A DNA stretch of 51,727 nucleotides. It comes from Bacteroidota bacterium. GTDB taxonomy: Bacteria > Bacteroidota > Rhodothermia > Rhodothermales > Rubricoccaceae. The position numbers and the translations under genes were made by a program. The DNA lies in contig JBCBZH010000001.1 of assembly GCA_039815415.1 (NCBI GenBank), positions 1-51,727 on the forward strand. Direction: 5' to 3'. Shown here in pieces: positions 21,668 through 31,229 of the stretch. Every line of letters begins with the position of its first letter. Position 1 is the first letter of the stretch. A model generated the notes under the pieces. That model was not told where the DNA came from, ran no database searches, and saw only the letters and a list, made by a program, of their open reading frames with translations.

Positions 21668-23152
21668 TCACCCGCCGCGTTTGGCAAACCGCCCGGCCAG
21701 CGCCCGGATGGGGTCGCGCCAGGCCGGGTCGCGCATTTCGCGGATCACGAGGTAGATCCCGAGGGCGCCCACCAACACGTTGGCGACCCACATGCCCAGC
21801 CACGGCGGGAAGAAGCCCCGGTCAATCAGCTTCTCGCCGACCACCAGCGTCACCCAGTAGAACAGGAACACGCTCACCGCCAGCGTTGCCACCAGCCCGA
21901 CGCCCGCACGCTGAATGGAGAGCCCCAGAGGCACCCCGATCAGCACAAACACGAGGCACGCCAGCGCGAGCGAGTTCTTCTTGTAGATCTCCACGCGGTA
22001 GCGAGTGGACCGGCGCTCGTCCCACTCGGCTGCGCTGGCGATCTGGGCCGTCTCGCTCTGGACGGCCGCCGCACGGTCAAGAGCGAGGTCGTACACCGTT
22101 TCGCGGGCGGCATTCGAGAGGCCTTCGAGCACGATCCGGTCGGCGCCAATGAGGGCTGTGCTGGTATCTGGTGGCGGAGCGGGGATAGGCGGGCTAGCGT
22201 CGGCGATGGGTTGGGCGAGGGCAGCGAAGCTGTCGTCGTCGAGAGCAGTCGTGTCGGCCTTCGGGCGAGCACGCCAGGCCAGCGTCTCGGCGATCTCCAC
22301 CTCGCGCTGGCGTTGGGTCGCGTCCAGAGAGTCCACGAAGGCGAGCATCTGGGACGTTCGCATGGAGCGGTCGGTGCGGCTGCCGCCGTCGCGCGAGCGG
22401 CGCTCGAAGCCGCCGAGGCTGCTCAGGTCGAATGCCATCCGGTAGCGCTCGAACTGGAGGCGTTCGTAGGGCTCACCCCTGCCTCGGTTGACCTTGCGCT
22501 GGTGGACCTCGCCATCTTCGAGCAGCATGGTCAGACGCTGACCGCCGTACTGCGTCTGGATTCGTGCGCGCTCCGCGGTGAGCACGGCCTGGCCCCCGTT
22601 GGCGGAGCGCGGCTCGAAGACGGTCACGCCGACGAGCAGGCCCGACGAGTCCGGCGGGATGGTGTCGGCGCGGATGGCGTAGCCGTCGATGCCAGTGTAG
22701 AAGACGCCTGGCTCGAGGGCAAACTCCGGTCGGCTCACGCTGATGTCTCGCCAGAGACCGCCGAGGCGGAAGTTGGCCTCGGGCAGCATCTCGTTGTTGA
22801 AGTAGGCCATGCCTGAGGTCAGCGCCAGCCCGACGACCAGCACCGGCCACGCCAGCCGGGGCAGGCTGACGCCTGCACTTTTTGCGACCACGTAGGCCCG
22901 GCTCTCGCTCAGCCGCCCAAACGCCGCCAGCAGCGCGATCAGCCACGCCATCGGCACCGCGAGCGTCACCATGTAGGCGAGGCTGTATGTCAGCAGCTCG
23001 GCCACAGCGACCGGTGGCAGTCCGCGCCCAACGAGGTCCGGCAGCTTGTCGATCAGAAACTGCATCAGCAGCAGAAACAGCAGCACCGAGAACGCGGCCA
23101 CGAACGGCAGCGGCAGCGCCTTCAGGATCGAGCGGTGGAGTCGAGCGAGCAC
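21668..23152 (-). CDS. LptF/LptG (YjgP/YjgQ) family permease
   Basis: 494 aa. N-terminal TM helices are followed by a long extracytoplasmic insert and C-terminal TM helices, as is typical of this family. Confidence 0.7.
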   Translation of the reverse strand: MLARLHRSILKALPLPFVAAFSVLLFLLLMQFLIDKLPDLVGRGLPPVAVAELLTYSLAYMVTLAVPMAWLIALLAAFGRLSESRAYVVAKSAGVSLPRLAWPVLVVGLALTSGMAYFNNEMLPEANFRLGGLWRDISVSRPEFALEPGVFYTGIDGYAIRADTIPPDSSGLLVGVTVFEPRSANGGQAVLTAERARIQTQYGGQRLTMLLEDGEVHQRKVNRGRGEPYERLQFERYRMAFDLSSLGGFERRSRDGGSRTDRSMRTSQMLAFVDSLDATQRQREVEIAETLAWRARPKADTTALDDDSFAALAQPIADASPPIPAPPPDTSTALIGADRIVLEGLSNAARETVYDLALDRAAAVQSETAQIASAAEWDERRSTRYRVEIYKKNSLALACLVFVLIGVPLGLSIQRAGVGLVATLAVSVFLFYWVTLVVGEKLIDRGFFPPWLGMWVANVLVGALGIYLVIREMRDPAWRDPIRALAGRFAKRGG

Positions 23153-23210
23153 GGCCTGAAGCTATGGGCGACGAGTGAGGGGCTACGGGTTTTCTGTGTT
23201 GGTCGGGGCT

Positions 23211-23259
23211 CGCCAGCTCGAGGCGGATGGGATCGGTTTCGAGCTGGCGTTGACGTTCA
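23211..23259. repeat. Inverted pair of the 13-mer motif (CGCCAGCTCGA ... TCGAGCTGGCG), perfect 11-bp arms, 27-nt spacer
   Basis: Read directly in the divergent intergenic region between the LptF/G-like gene and the MBL hydrolase gene. Confidence 0.8.
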
Positions 23260-23357
23260 CAGGCGGGTGCAGCAGGCCGTTGGTAGCAGAAACATCAAAC
23301 GCCAAGCCGCCTTTCTTGGTCTCTACGGGGCGCCGGCCGTCGAGCGGGTGACATCTT

Positions 23358-23434
23358 GCCCACTGCCCACTGCCCACTGCCCACTGCCCACTGCCCACTG
23401 CCCACTGCCCACTGCCCACTGCCCACTGCCCACT
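23358..23434. repeat. Perfect heptanucleotide tandem repeat (GCCCACT)x11 ending 4 nt before the start codon at 23439
   Basis: Counted directly: 11 perfect units from 23358 to 23434, then GCCC-ATG. Confidence 0.95.
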
Positions 23435-23438
23435 GCCC

Positions 23439-24092
23439 ATGACTATCCAGACCTTCGTCGTCAGCCCGTTCGCCGAGAACACCTACATCCTGTCCGACAG
23501 TGGAGAGTGCGCGCTGGTGGATCCCGGCACGGCCACACGCGGAGAGCGCCAGCTCGTCGGCGGCGCCATCGAGGATGCCGAGCTTCGGGTGCGGCACCTT
23601 CTGCTCACGCACGGCCACATCGACCACGTGTTCGGGTGCGATCACTTCGCACATCGCTACGCCAACGACGCCGACTATGGCGGCTGGCAGCTCCACCCGG
23701 CGGATGGACCGTTGCTCGAGCAGGCCGTGGTGAAGGGCGAGCTGTACGGCGTCCGCGTGGATGCGCCGCCTCCGGCCACGCGCGAGCTGGCGGAAGGCGA
23801 CACGGTCGAGATCGGGAGCACCACGCTGCGCGTGCTCCACGTCCCCGGCCACTCGCCCGGCTCCGTCGCGTTCTACGACGAGGCAGGCGGGCAGCTCATC
23901 GGCGGCGACGTGCTCTTTCAGGGCTCTATTGGGCGCACCGATCTCTGGCAGGGCAGCATGGAGACGCTGCTCGCATCCATCCGCGACAAGATCCTGGTCT
24001 TGCCCAACGACACGGTGGTCCACTCTGGCCACGGTCCGAGCACGACGGTCGGGGCCGAGCGGCGATCCAACCCGTTCCTGCGCGATCTGTAG
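23439..24092 (+). CDS. Metallo-beta-lactamase fold hydrolase (glyoxalase II / YcbL-like)
   Basis: HGHIDHV motif and further His/Asp ligands ([13 protein letters not shown]); 217 aa. Confidence 0.8.
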   Translation: MTIQTFVVSPFAENTYILSDSGECALVDPGTATRGERQLVGGAIEDAELRVRHLLLTHGHIDHVFGCDHFAHRYANDADYGGWQLHPADGPLLEQAVVKGELYGVRVDAPPPATRELAEGDTVEIGSTTLRVLHVPGHSPGSVAFYDEAGGQLIGGDVLFQGSIGRTDLWQGSMETLLASIRDKILVLPNDTVVHSGHGPSTTVGAERRSNPFLRDL

Positions 24093-24295
24093 AGACGTCG
24101 GGGTGGCAACCCGTCTTAGAAATGAGTCATCCCCGCGTAGGCGGGAACCGAAGGTCGCGTAGCAACCCATGCGAGGTAGCGTCATCGCCTTTTTGCTCAT
24201 GCTGGTGACCGCCAGCTCGTAGGCGATGCCGAACCCCTCACCCTGTACCTCTCACGCGGGGAGAGCGGACGCATAGTTGACCTCGAGCTGGCGAA

Positions 24296-25474
24296 TCAGC
24301 CGAACGCCTCAACCAAGCGCTGGCAGGCCTCCTCGAGCACGTCCATCTCCTTCGCGTAGCAGAACCGGAGGTAGGCATCTCCATCCGACGAGCTGGCGAA
24401 GAACGAAGGACCCGGCACACACGCCACGCCAGCTCGTTCGATCAGCGTCTCGGTGGCACGATGAGCGTTCTCGAAGCCCGACGTGCCGAGGCGGTCGCCG
24501 AGGTGCGTGAAGGCGTAGTAGGCACCCTCGGGCGGGTCGATGGTGAAGCCGCAGGCGCGGAGCGTATCCACCATGCGCGTCCGCTTGGCCGTGTAGTCGG
24601 CGAGCATCTGCGTGTAGTAGACGTCGGGCAGCGGGAGGGCCGCAGCCAGCCCGTGCTGCAGCGGCGCCGGGGCGCAGATATAGACGAGGTCGTTGATGAG
24701 CCCCATCTTGGCGGCCACGGGCTTGGGGGCAATCGCATAGCCCAGCCGCCAGCCCGTCATGTTGAACGTCTTCGAGAAGCCCGAGAGCGTAACCGTCCGT
24801 TCGAAGGCGCCGTCGAGCGAGGCAGGCGAGAGGTGCTCGCGCCCGTCGTAGGTCATGTACTCATAGATCTCGTCGGTGAGGACCCAGAGGTCATGCCGCT
24901 CGGCGAGGGCGTAGAGGGCTGCCAGCTCGTTGTGCGTCCAGATCTTGCCCGTCGGGTTGGCGGGCGTGCAGCAGACGACGGCCTTCGTGCGCGGCGTGAT
25001 GGCGGCCTCGAGTCGGTCCGGGTCGAAGGTCCATAGTCCATCCTCGCGGCTTAGTGGGACCGTGACCGGTCGGACGCCATACAGGTTCAAGAGCCCTGAG
25101 TGGTAGCCGTAGAACGGCTCGAACAGGACCACCTCGTCGCCCGGGTCGCACAGCGCCAGGATGGCAGCGGTGAACGCACCCGTCGATCCATTCGAGACCA
25201 CAACCGTCTCCGGGCTGGCGTCTGCGATTCGGTTGAATGTGCGAGCCTTCTCGGCGATGGCCTCGCGGAGTGGCGCGATGCCGTTGTATGCCGTGTAGAT
25301 GGAGGTGCGGTCGCTCTCAATTGCCTTGTGCGTGGCTTCCACGATAGACGGCGGCGTGGCGAGATCGCAGATGCCCTGGCCCAGGTTGACGCCGCCGACG
25401 CGGTTCACCGCAAACGTGACCGCCCGGATGTCGGACTGCTTCAGAGCGTCGGTGCGTGTAGCGAGGGGCTTCAT
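24296..25474 (-). CDS. Class I/II PLP-dependent aminotransferase
   Basis: SGFSKTFNMTGWRLGY lysine motif and an N-terminal LKQSDIRAV...NLGQG pattern. The start is set at ATG 25474, which gives 392 aa. Confidence 0.85.
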   Translation of the reverse strand: MKPLATRTDALKQSDIRAVTFAVNRVGGVNLGQGICDLATPPSIVEATHKAIESDRTSIYTAYNGIAPLREAIAEKARTFNRIADASPETVVVSNGSTGAFTAAILALCDPGDEVVLFEPFYGYHSGLLNLYGVRPVTVPLSREDGLWTFDPDRLEAAITPRTKAVVCCTPANPTGKIWTHNELAALYALAERHDLWVLTDEIYEYMTYDGREHLSPASLDGAFERTVTLSGFSKTFNMTGWRLGYAIAPKPVAAKMGLINDLVYICAPAPLQHGLAAALPLPDVYYTQMLADYTAKRTRMVDTLRACGFTIDPPEGAYYAFTHLGDRLGTSGFENAHRATETLIERAGVACVPGPSFFASSSDGDAYLRFCYAKEMDVLEEACQRLVEAFG

Positions 25475-25517
25475 GTCAAGCTGGCGAGTGGGAGAGCACC
25501 GCGTTCGTTCCTCACAG

Positions 25518-25557
25518 CCATGGCGAGGAGCCGAGCGACGTGACAATCTCGCCATGG
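25518..25557 (-). promoter_or_regulatory. Perfect 10-bp-stem hairpin in the putative 5' leader of the aminotransferase gene
   Basis: CCATGGCGAG (25518-25527) pairs with CTCGCCATGG (25548-25557), 44-83 nt upstream of ATG 25474. Function unknown. Confidence 0.4.
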
Positions 25558-26002
25558 TATAAGTTGGGTGTGGAAGGCGTCTCTCGGGACCGCCAGCTCA
25601 ACAAACGCGGAGAGCTGGGTATCGGCGGTCTGGCGAGAATGCACCCAGGTCCACACTGAGCGGGAGCATCTTGGACATCCGGGACTCACTGTTCTTGGAG
25701 GGCTTCGGCGCGTGTCGCGCTAAGGGCATACACGCAGTCCACCCGGCTGTAGACACGTCAGGGCATAGCGGTCTGCCAGCCCAAAGCGCCACTGCATCAG
25801 TGCAGACGCCGGTGTGTTGGGGAGAATGCGTTCCAGCTAAGCGCCGCTGAGACCACCGCTGTGTTCGCGAGGAAAGTCCGTTCGGTATCTACCGATGACG
25901 GCTGTAGCGGGGTGTGCGCTAATGTGCCAACGCGGACCACGGCAAATTGTCCGCGTCCAAGCTTTCAGGGACCGGCATGCATCCAAACACGGGAGCCCAA
26001 TA

Positions 26003-26686
26003 TCAGAAATCAACCCCCACCCCGATACTTCCCGTCAGCGCGAGGGCTTCGATGCCAGATCCTGCTAGAGCCACATGGCCGCGCACGTCTGCACGTGCTG
26101 TGAGATCACCGAAGAAGGGCGCAGCGATGTTCAGGGGGCGCTCTGCACCTAGGCTGGCAGTCACTTGTGGAAAGATGTGAGATGGGCGAAGGGTCTCAGG
26201 ATTCATCAGCGTCAAGAGCCCGCCTCCTACAGAAGCCGATCCGATGATGGTGTCGAACGCCTGCTGATGAACTCGCAGGCCGACATCATAAGCCCCATAC
26301 CAGTGTCCTCGGGACGGTACCGTGGTGCCTGAGTTGGTTTTTACGTTGGCGTCCAGGCTGGTGGGTGTGAACAGAGCACCGGCCTCAATCATCACGTCAT
26401 CGCGCAGGCGGTACGTCGCCCGGGCTCCGGTGGTCATCGTGAGGCCTCGCGCGCGATCGCTCGGAGCCGGATTGAGAAAGTCGACCGCGGGCTCACGTTC
26501 GAAAATGGCCACGTTATAGTCATACCGTCCGTTCGTGAACCCGGCATTTGAGAAATAGCCTGAGCCAAGGGTGATATACACCCGGAGAGGTGCGGCCTCT
26601 TCTATTGACTGCGCAGTGGCCGTGGTGAGTGCGAGAGACGCTACAACCAGCAGTGTGGAGATACGTACGGAATTAGAGCCGGACAT
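26003..26686 (-). CDS. Outer-membrane beta-barrel protein
   Basis: Signal peptide (STLLVVASLALTTATAQS), alternating beta-strand pattern and a C-terminal aromatic residue (GVGVDF). The start is set at ATG 26686. Confidence 0.65.
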   Translation of the reverse strand: MSGSNSVRISTLLVVASLALTTATAQSIEEAAPLRVYITLGSGYFSNAGFTNGRYDYNVAIFEREPAVDFLNPAPSDRARGLTMTTGARATYRLRDDVMIEAGALFTPTSLDANVKTNSGTTVPSRGHWYGAYDVGLRVHQQAFDTIIGSASVGGGLLTLMNPETLRPSHIFPQVTASLGAERPLNIAAPFFGDLTARADVRGHVALAGSGIEALALTGSIGVGVDF

Positions 26687-27164
26687 CGAATACACCGGAG
26701 ATGGGGTTGGGATCGTCTGGGCGGGTGGTGAAGGAGAAGGACCCCGAAAGGCGAGATCCGTCTGCCACATCAAGGGTCAGTGTGCCGACCTCGACATCCG
26801 GCCAAGAGAACGTGGCCAATCCACCTCGGGGCCCGGCCAGGAAAAACGTGACCTCGTCTCGGTCGTCTACAAGGTCATAGGTCCGACCTTCCTCAGGAGC
26901 AACAAGAGTGATGTGTGCGCCGGCAACGGGATCCGATCTGTTGAATCCGCCAGCTCCGCCGAAAGAGCCATCCTCCACGCCGAGAGAGCGGAACTGGAAC
27001 GCCACAACATCGACGTCCTGAGCAATGAAGAGGCATTCGGACACAAAAGTGTTGAAGCCATCCGAGAATGAGAATGTGCTCTCGCTGGAGCAGCCCTCAG
27101 AGAGGGCGTCACACCCACTTAGGGCCAAGGACGCGCTGGTGATGAGGAGAATCAGGGGTCGCAT
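26673..27164 (-). CDS. Lipoprotein of unknown function
   Basis: Lipobox LALSGC after a hydrophobic leader (MRPLILLITSAS). It overlaps the downstream OMP gene by 14 nt. Confidence 0.55.
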   Translation of the reverse strand: MRPLILLITSASLALSGCDALSEGCSSESTFSFSDGFNTFVSECLFIAQDVDVVAFQFRSLGVEDGSFGGAGGFNRSDPVAGAHITLVAPEEGRTYDLVDDRDEVTFFLAGPRGGLATFSWPDVEVGTLTLDVADGSRLSGSFSFTTRPDDPNPISGVFDVRL

Positions 27165-27325
27165 AAGGAAGAAGGCTGGGGCCATTCACATACACAACCG
27201 AGATCCAGTCTCCATGTGGCTCACCCCCGCTCCTTGTTCAGCGGGCGCATTTCTGTCAGGGCTAGTGGGCGGCCGACGCAGACTTAATCCTTAGCGGACT
27301 CAATTCTTCATCCATTCGCTTGGCG

Positions 27326-28600
27326 CTACCGGCCTCGCGAGCCGCGGCCGCGTCCCTTGCCACCACCGGCGCCCCGGTTGGGCTGTGGCGACTTCTTTCG
27401 GTTCTTGTGACCGCGCGGGTTGGAGCGCTTCTTCGTGGCTGTCGTCAGCGCGTCGGCCATCGTCGGTCTAGCGAAGCCCTCGAATGTGGCCTCCTCGATG
27501 GGTTTCCCGATGTGCCGCTCGATGCCCTTCAGGTTGCCGCGCTCGGCGGCGTTGACGAACGAGATGGCGTCCCCGGTAGCGTCCGCCCGCCCTGTCCGGC
27601 CGATGCGGTGGATGTAGTCCTCCGGGATGTTGGGGGTGTCGAAGTTGATGACGTGCGAGATGCCGTCGATGTCGATGCCACGTGCGGCGATGTCGGTGGC
27701 GACAAGAATCTGATACTGCCCATCCTCGAAGCCCTTAAGCGCGCGTTGGCGTTGGCCTTGGGACCGGTTTGAGTGGATGGCGATGGCATCGTACCCCGCG
27801 CGGTCGAGCTTCTTGCGGATGCGGTCGGCGCGGTACTTGGTCCGCGAGAACACGATCATCTTGTCCACCGGTTCGGTGTCGAGCAGGTGATGCAGCAGGT
27901 TCTGCTTCTCAGCCTCCGCGATGTGCACGGCGCGTTGCGCGACCGTCTTGGCGGGGTCGCGCCGTTTGCCCACCTCCACGGTCTCTGGCTTGTAGAGGAT
28001 GCTCTTCGCGAGCTTCTGGATCTCCGGTGGCATGGTGGCCGAGAACAGCATCGTCTGGCGCTGCTCTGGCACCAGCGCGACGATCTTGCGGATGTCGCGG
28101 ATGAAGCCCATGTCGAACATCCGGTCAGCTTCGTCCAGCACGAGGATGTCCACGAACGAGAGGTCGATTTCGTTCGAGCTGGCGAAGTCCAGCAGGCGCC
28201 CAGGCGTCGCCACAGCGATGTCGATGCCGTTGCGGAGCGCCGTACGCTGCGGCCCCTTGCCGACGCCGCCGTAGATCGTCGCGCTCTTGAGTCGCGTCGT
28301 GGCTCCGTACGTCTGGATGGCGTCCTCCACCTGGATCGCTAGCTCGCGGGTGGGCGTCACCACCAGGGCTCGGATGGGGCGCTTCTTGCCTGTGGAGGGC
28401 TCGCGGACGAGGTAGTCGAGAATCGGCAGCACGAACGCCGCCGTTTTGCCCGTGCCGGTCTGCGCCACGCCCACCACGTCGATGCCCTTGAGGGCATGGG
28501 GCAGGGTGGCTGCCTGGACGGGCGTCGGGGTGGTGTATCCCGCCTCGCGAACGCCCTGGCGGACGGGCGTTGCGAGGTCGAAGGCGTCGAAGGAAGGCAT
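27326..28600 (-). CDS. DEAD-box ATP-dependent RNA helicase with an Arg/Gly-rich C-terminal tail
   Basis: Motifs [16 protein letters not shown] (VLDEADRM), SAT and HRIGRTGR. The start is set at ATG 28600 (MPSFDAFDL). Confidence 0.9.
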   Translation of the reverse strand: MPSFDAFDLATPVRQGVREAGYTTPTPVQAATLPHALKGIDVVGVAQTGTGKTAAFVLPILDYLVREPSTGKKRPIRALVVTPTRELAIQVEDAIQTYGATTRLKSATIYGGVGKGPQRTALRNGIDIAVATPGRLLDFASSNEIDLSFVDILVLDEADRMFDMGFIRDIRKIVALVPEQRQTMLFSATMPPEIQKLAKSILYKPETVEVGKRRDPAKTVAQRAVHIAEAEKQNLLHHLLDTEPVDKMIVFSRTKYRADRIRKKLDRAGYDAIAIHSNRSQGQRQRALKGFEDGQYQILVATDIAARGIDIDGISHVINFDTPNIPEDYIHRIGRTGRADATGDAISFVNAAERGNLKGIERHIGKPIEEATFEGFARPTMADALTTATKKRSNPRGHKNRKKSPQPNRGAGGGKGRGRGSRGR

Positions 28601-28667
28601 GCAGTCAGAGTCCGGGGGCTGCAAGGTCTGCACGTCGTCCTGGTTTGGCCTCTGCGCGGTCTTCGTT

Positions 28668-28685
28668 CGCCAGCTCGAGCTGGCG
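28668..28685. repeat. Perfect 18-bp palindrome CGCCAGCTCGAGCTGGCG (two fused copies of the 13-mer motif core)
   Basis: Read directly, 68-85 nt upstream of the helicase start codon. Confidence 0.9.
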
Positions 28686-28780
28686 CAGAACGACGAGGGT
28701 TCAATCGAGCAGGAGAGATGTGGCATCCCTCTCTTTATTCAGCAGGGCCGCTACGTGCAAGCTCACTACCCTCCCCCAAA

Positions 28781-28916
28781 GTCATCCTGAGCGAAGTGAG
28801 CGGACGCGAATGCAGTCGAAGGATCTCAGGATTGCATGACGGTTCCCCAGCTCGAGCTGGCGCTGTGCTCGGAGGAGATCCTTCGACTCCGCCCTCCGGG
28901 CTCCGCTCAGGAGGAC
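28781..28916. repeat. Palindromic REP/MITE-like element (GTCATCCTGAGCG...GGATCTC / GAGATCC...CTCAGGAGGAC) carrying CCAGCTCGAGCTGG in its loop
   Basis: Inverted arms read directly. The loop palindrome lies at 28847-28860. Confidence 0.75.
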
Positions 28917-29122
28917 TCAGATTGAGAGGTCGTGTCAGAACCTAGCGGCCTTGTCTCTTGAGCCAGTGACAGGGAGGGGGAGCATGGGATTCAGGTTCCT
29001 CGGATTCTCAGTTTGCCTCCGAGAACAGCCGGGCTCGAGTCGATGTAGTCACGCCATTCCATACGTCTGGTTCATCCATACGAGCTTGAGCAAGGGGCTC
29101 TCGAGCTGGCGACTCCCGGCGG

Positions 29123-30820
29123 CTACGGCGTGTAGTACGTCGGCGCCTCGGGGCCGACCGGCATCCCGAGTAGGAAGACCCACACGTAGAACAGCGTAAT
29201 CCAGCCGAGCAGGAAGAAGATGGTGTACGGTAGCATCATCGCCACGACGGTCCCGACGCCTGCCTTCCGGTCGTACTTAACCATGAACGCCAGGATCAGC
29301 CCGAAGTAGCTCATCATCGGCGTGATGATGTTGGTCGTGGAATCGCCGATGCGGTAGGCCGCCTGGATCACCTCGGGCGAGAAGCCGATCAGCATCAGCA
29401 TCGGTACGAAGATGGGCGCCGTGACGGCCCACTGCGCGCTGGCGGACCCCAGCATGAGGTTCACGAAGCAGCACATAAAGATGAACGGGATGAACACGGC
29501 AGGCCCCGTCAGCCCGGCGGCTTCCAACCCGTTGGCGCCCGTGACGGCCAGGATGGCGCCGAGGTTGGTCCACCCGAAGAAGGCCACGAACTGCGCCGCA
29601 AAGAACACCAGCACGATGTAGAGCCCAAGCGTCGACATCGACTTCGCCATGCCGTCTACCACGTCGCGGTCGCTGCGCATAGAGCCGGTTACCCAGCCGT
29701 AGACCACACCCGGGACGAGGAAGAACACGAAGATGAGCGCTACGATGCCGCGCAGGAACGGACTTCGGAGGACGTCGCCGGTCTCAGGATTGCGAAGCAC
29801 ACCGCCCTCGGGTACCACCGCCAGCGCGACGAGCCCAGCCACGACGGCCACCGCCACGGCAGCCCACTTCAGCCCGCGCACCTCGTCTGTCGAGAGCGGG
29901 TCCATGCGCGGCGGCGGCAGGTCCTCGCTTGCAATGGACGGATCGTACGTGCCGAGCTGAGGTTCCACAAACCTGTGCGTCACCCACGTGCCGATGCCGG
30001 CGATCAGGAAAGTGCTGATCACCATGAAGTAGTAGTTGACCGCTGCATGGACCTCATATCCAGGGTCGATCAGCTGCGCCGCCTCCTGTGTGATGCCTGC
30101 CAGGAGCGGGTCCACCGTGCCGATGAGCAGGTTGGCTGAGTAGCCGCCGGAAACACCCGCGAAGGCTGCTGCCATGCCTGCGAGCGGGTGCCTCCCGAGC
30201 GCGTGGAAGATGACCGCCGCGAGCGGAATCAGAACCACATAGCCCATCTCCGATGCCGTGTTGGACACCACGCCGCCAAATACGACCGCCAGCGTCATCA
30301 GCCGCGCCGGTGCCTTCTGCACGAGCAGGCGGATTGCTGCGGTCAGGAGCCCGGAGTGCTCGGCCACGCCCACGCCGAGGAGTGCCACGAGAACCGTCCC
30401 GAGCGGAACGAAGCCCGTGAAGTTGGTCACCAGGTTCTCGACGATCATCCGGAGCCCGTCGCCGGTCATGAGGCTGACAGCTCGGATCATGCCGTCATCC
30501 GCTCGGCCGCGAGCGCCTTCTGGGCGCGGGTCGTCCACGGCGAGGTCGGCCCAGCCTGCGATGCCACTGACGAGGATCACCGCCAGCGCGAAGAGCGCGA
30601 AGAGCGTGACGGGGTGGGGGAGGAGGTTGCCTAGCCACTCGACCGTGCGGAGGAACCGGGCGAACCACCCGCGTCCCCCATCACCCGGTGTGCGGTCCGG
30701 CGGATCGTCGTCGGCGGGGCGGGGAAACTCCTCGGGGGCAGGCGGGATGGCGTCAGGCATGGGCAAGCAGGCAAAGCGCGAAGATATCAGACGGGCCGCC
30801 AAGTCCGCCGCCGGCGTCAC
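29123..30820 (-). CDS. AbgT family (p-aminobenzoyl-glutamate type) transporter
   Basis: 565-aa polytopic protein whose N-terminal region (FLRTVEWLGNLLPHPVTLF) and overall layout are typical of AbgT. ATG 30760 is an alternative start. Confidence 0.8.
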   Translation of the reverse strand: MTPAADLAARLISSRFACLPMPDAIPPAPEEFPRPADDDPPDRTPGDGGRGWFARFLRTVEWLGNLLPHPVTLFALFALAVILVSGIAGWADLAVDDPRPEGARGRADDGMIRAVSLMTGDGLRMIVENLVTNFTGFVPLGTVLVALLGVGVAEHSGLLTAAIRLLVQKAPARLMTLAVVFGGVVSNTASEMGYVVLIPLAAVIFHALGRHPLAGMAAAFAGVSGGYSANLLIGTVDPLLAGITQEAAQLIDPGYEVHAAVNYYFMVISTFLIAGIGTWVTHRFVEPQLGTYDPSIASEDLPPPRMDPLSTDEVRGLKWAAVAVAVVAGLVALAVVPEGGVLRNPETGDVLRSPFLRGIVALIFVFFLVPGVVYGWVTGSMRSDRDVVDGMAKSMSTLGLYIVLVFFAAQFVAFFGWTNLGAILAVTGANGLEAAGLTGPAVFIPFIFMCCFVNLMLGSASAQWAVTAPIFVPMLMLIGFSPEVIQAAYRIGDSTTNIITPMMSYFGLILAFMVKYDRKAGVGTVVAMMLPYTIFFLLGWITLFYVWVFLLGMPVGPEAPTYYTP

Positions 30821-31029
30821 GCCCTAGTTCTGGAGGCAACTCTCGAGCTGGTGATCAGAACCGGTGAGGCCTCTCCTCAATGCTGTCATGCCTGTCCCTG
30901 CCTCCGCAAGGATGGACTCCGGGAGGCATCCCACGCGTCAGCTCGAGATGATCGACCAACTCGACGGCTCCAGAAGACAGCCTTCTCTCATCGCCAGCGT
31001 CTAGGAGGACGTGTACACTTCGCGTCCAG

Positions 31030-31163
31030 CCTTGTCATCCTGAGCCGCTAGGCCGACGCAGTCAACGTGATTCAGGATCTCATGCCCAAAGTTGAAACGT
31101 ATCGCCAACCTGAGATTCCGAATCGAGTTGACTGCGTCGGCCTTGCGGCTCGGAATGACAAGG
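31030..31163. repeat. Palindromic REP/MITE-like element, about 134 bp, with near-perfect 37-bp terminal inverted repeats
   Basis: CCTTGTCATCCTGAGCCGCTAGGCCGACGCAGTCAAC matches the reverse complement of the right end, CCTTGTCATTCCGAGCCGCAAGGCCGACGCAGTCAAC. Confidence 0.85.
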
Positions 31164-31229
31164 GAGCTACGGAAGGCCTATCTGGATGATCTCCCTTCAC
31201 CGACAGAGTCACACCCTCGAGCTGGCGAC

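Noticed and set aside
20987-22816. 609-aa ORF on the plus strand
   Set aside because: It is antisense to rsmI and the LptF/G-like permease gene, both of which have recognisable family sequence.
23358-23434. Possible CRISPR array
   Set aside because: The units are 7 bp and directly adjacent with no spacers. This is a microsatellite-type tandem repeat, not a CRISPR array.
23135-24208. 357-aa plus-strand ORF, and the minus-strand ORF at 23295-24200, both reading through the heptamer repeat (PLPTAHC / WAVGSGQ repeats)
   Set aside because: The repeat peptides are translation artefacts of a 7-bp DNA repeat. The MBL hydrolase frame (23439-24092) carries the HxHxDH motif and explains the region.
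25869-25880. GAGGAAAGTCCG, the hallmark string of bacterial RNase P RNA
   Set aside because: Only about 120 nt remain before the next gene, and the other conserved RNase P blocks (for example ACAGAACCCGGCTTA and the GGTAAGAGC region) are not present in the correct order on either strand. It is probably a chance match, but a covariance-model scan would settle it.
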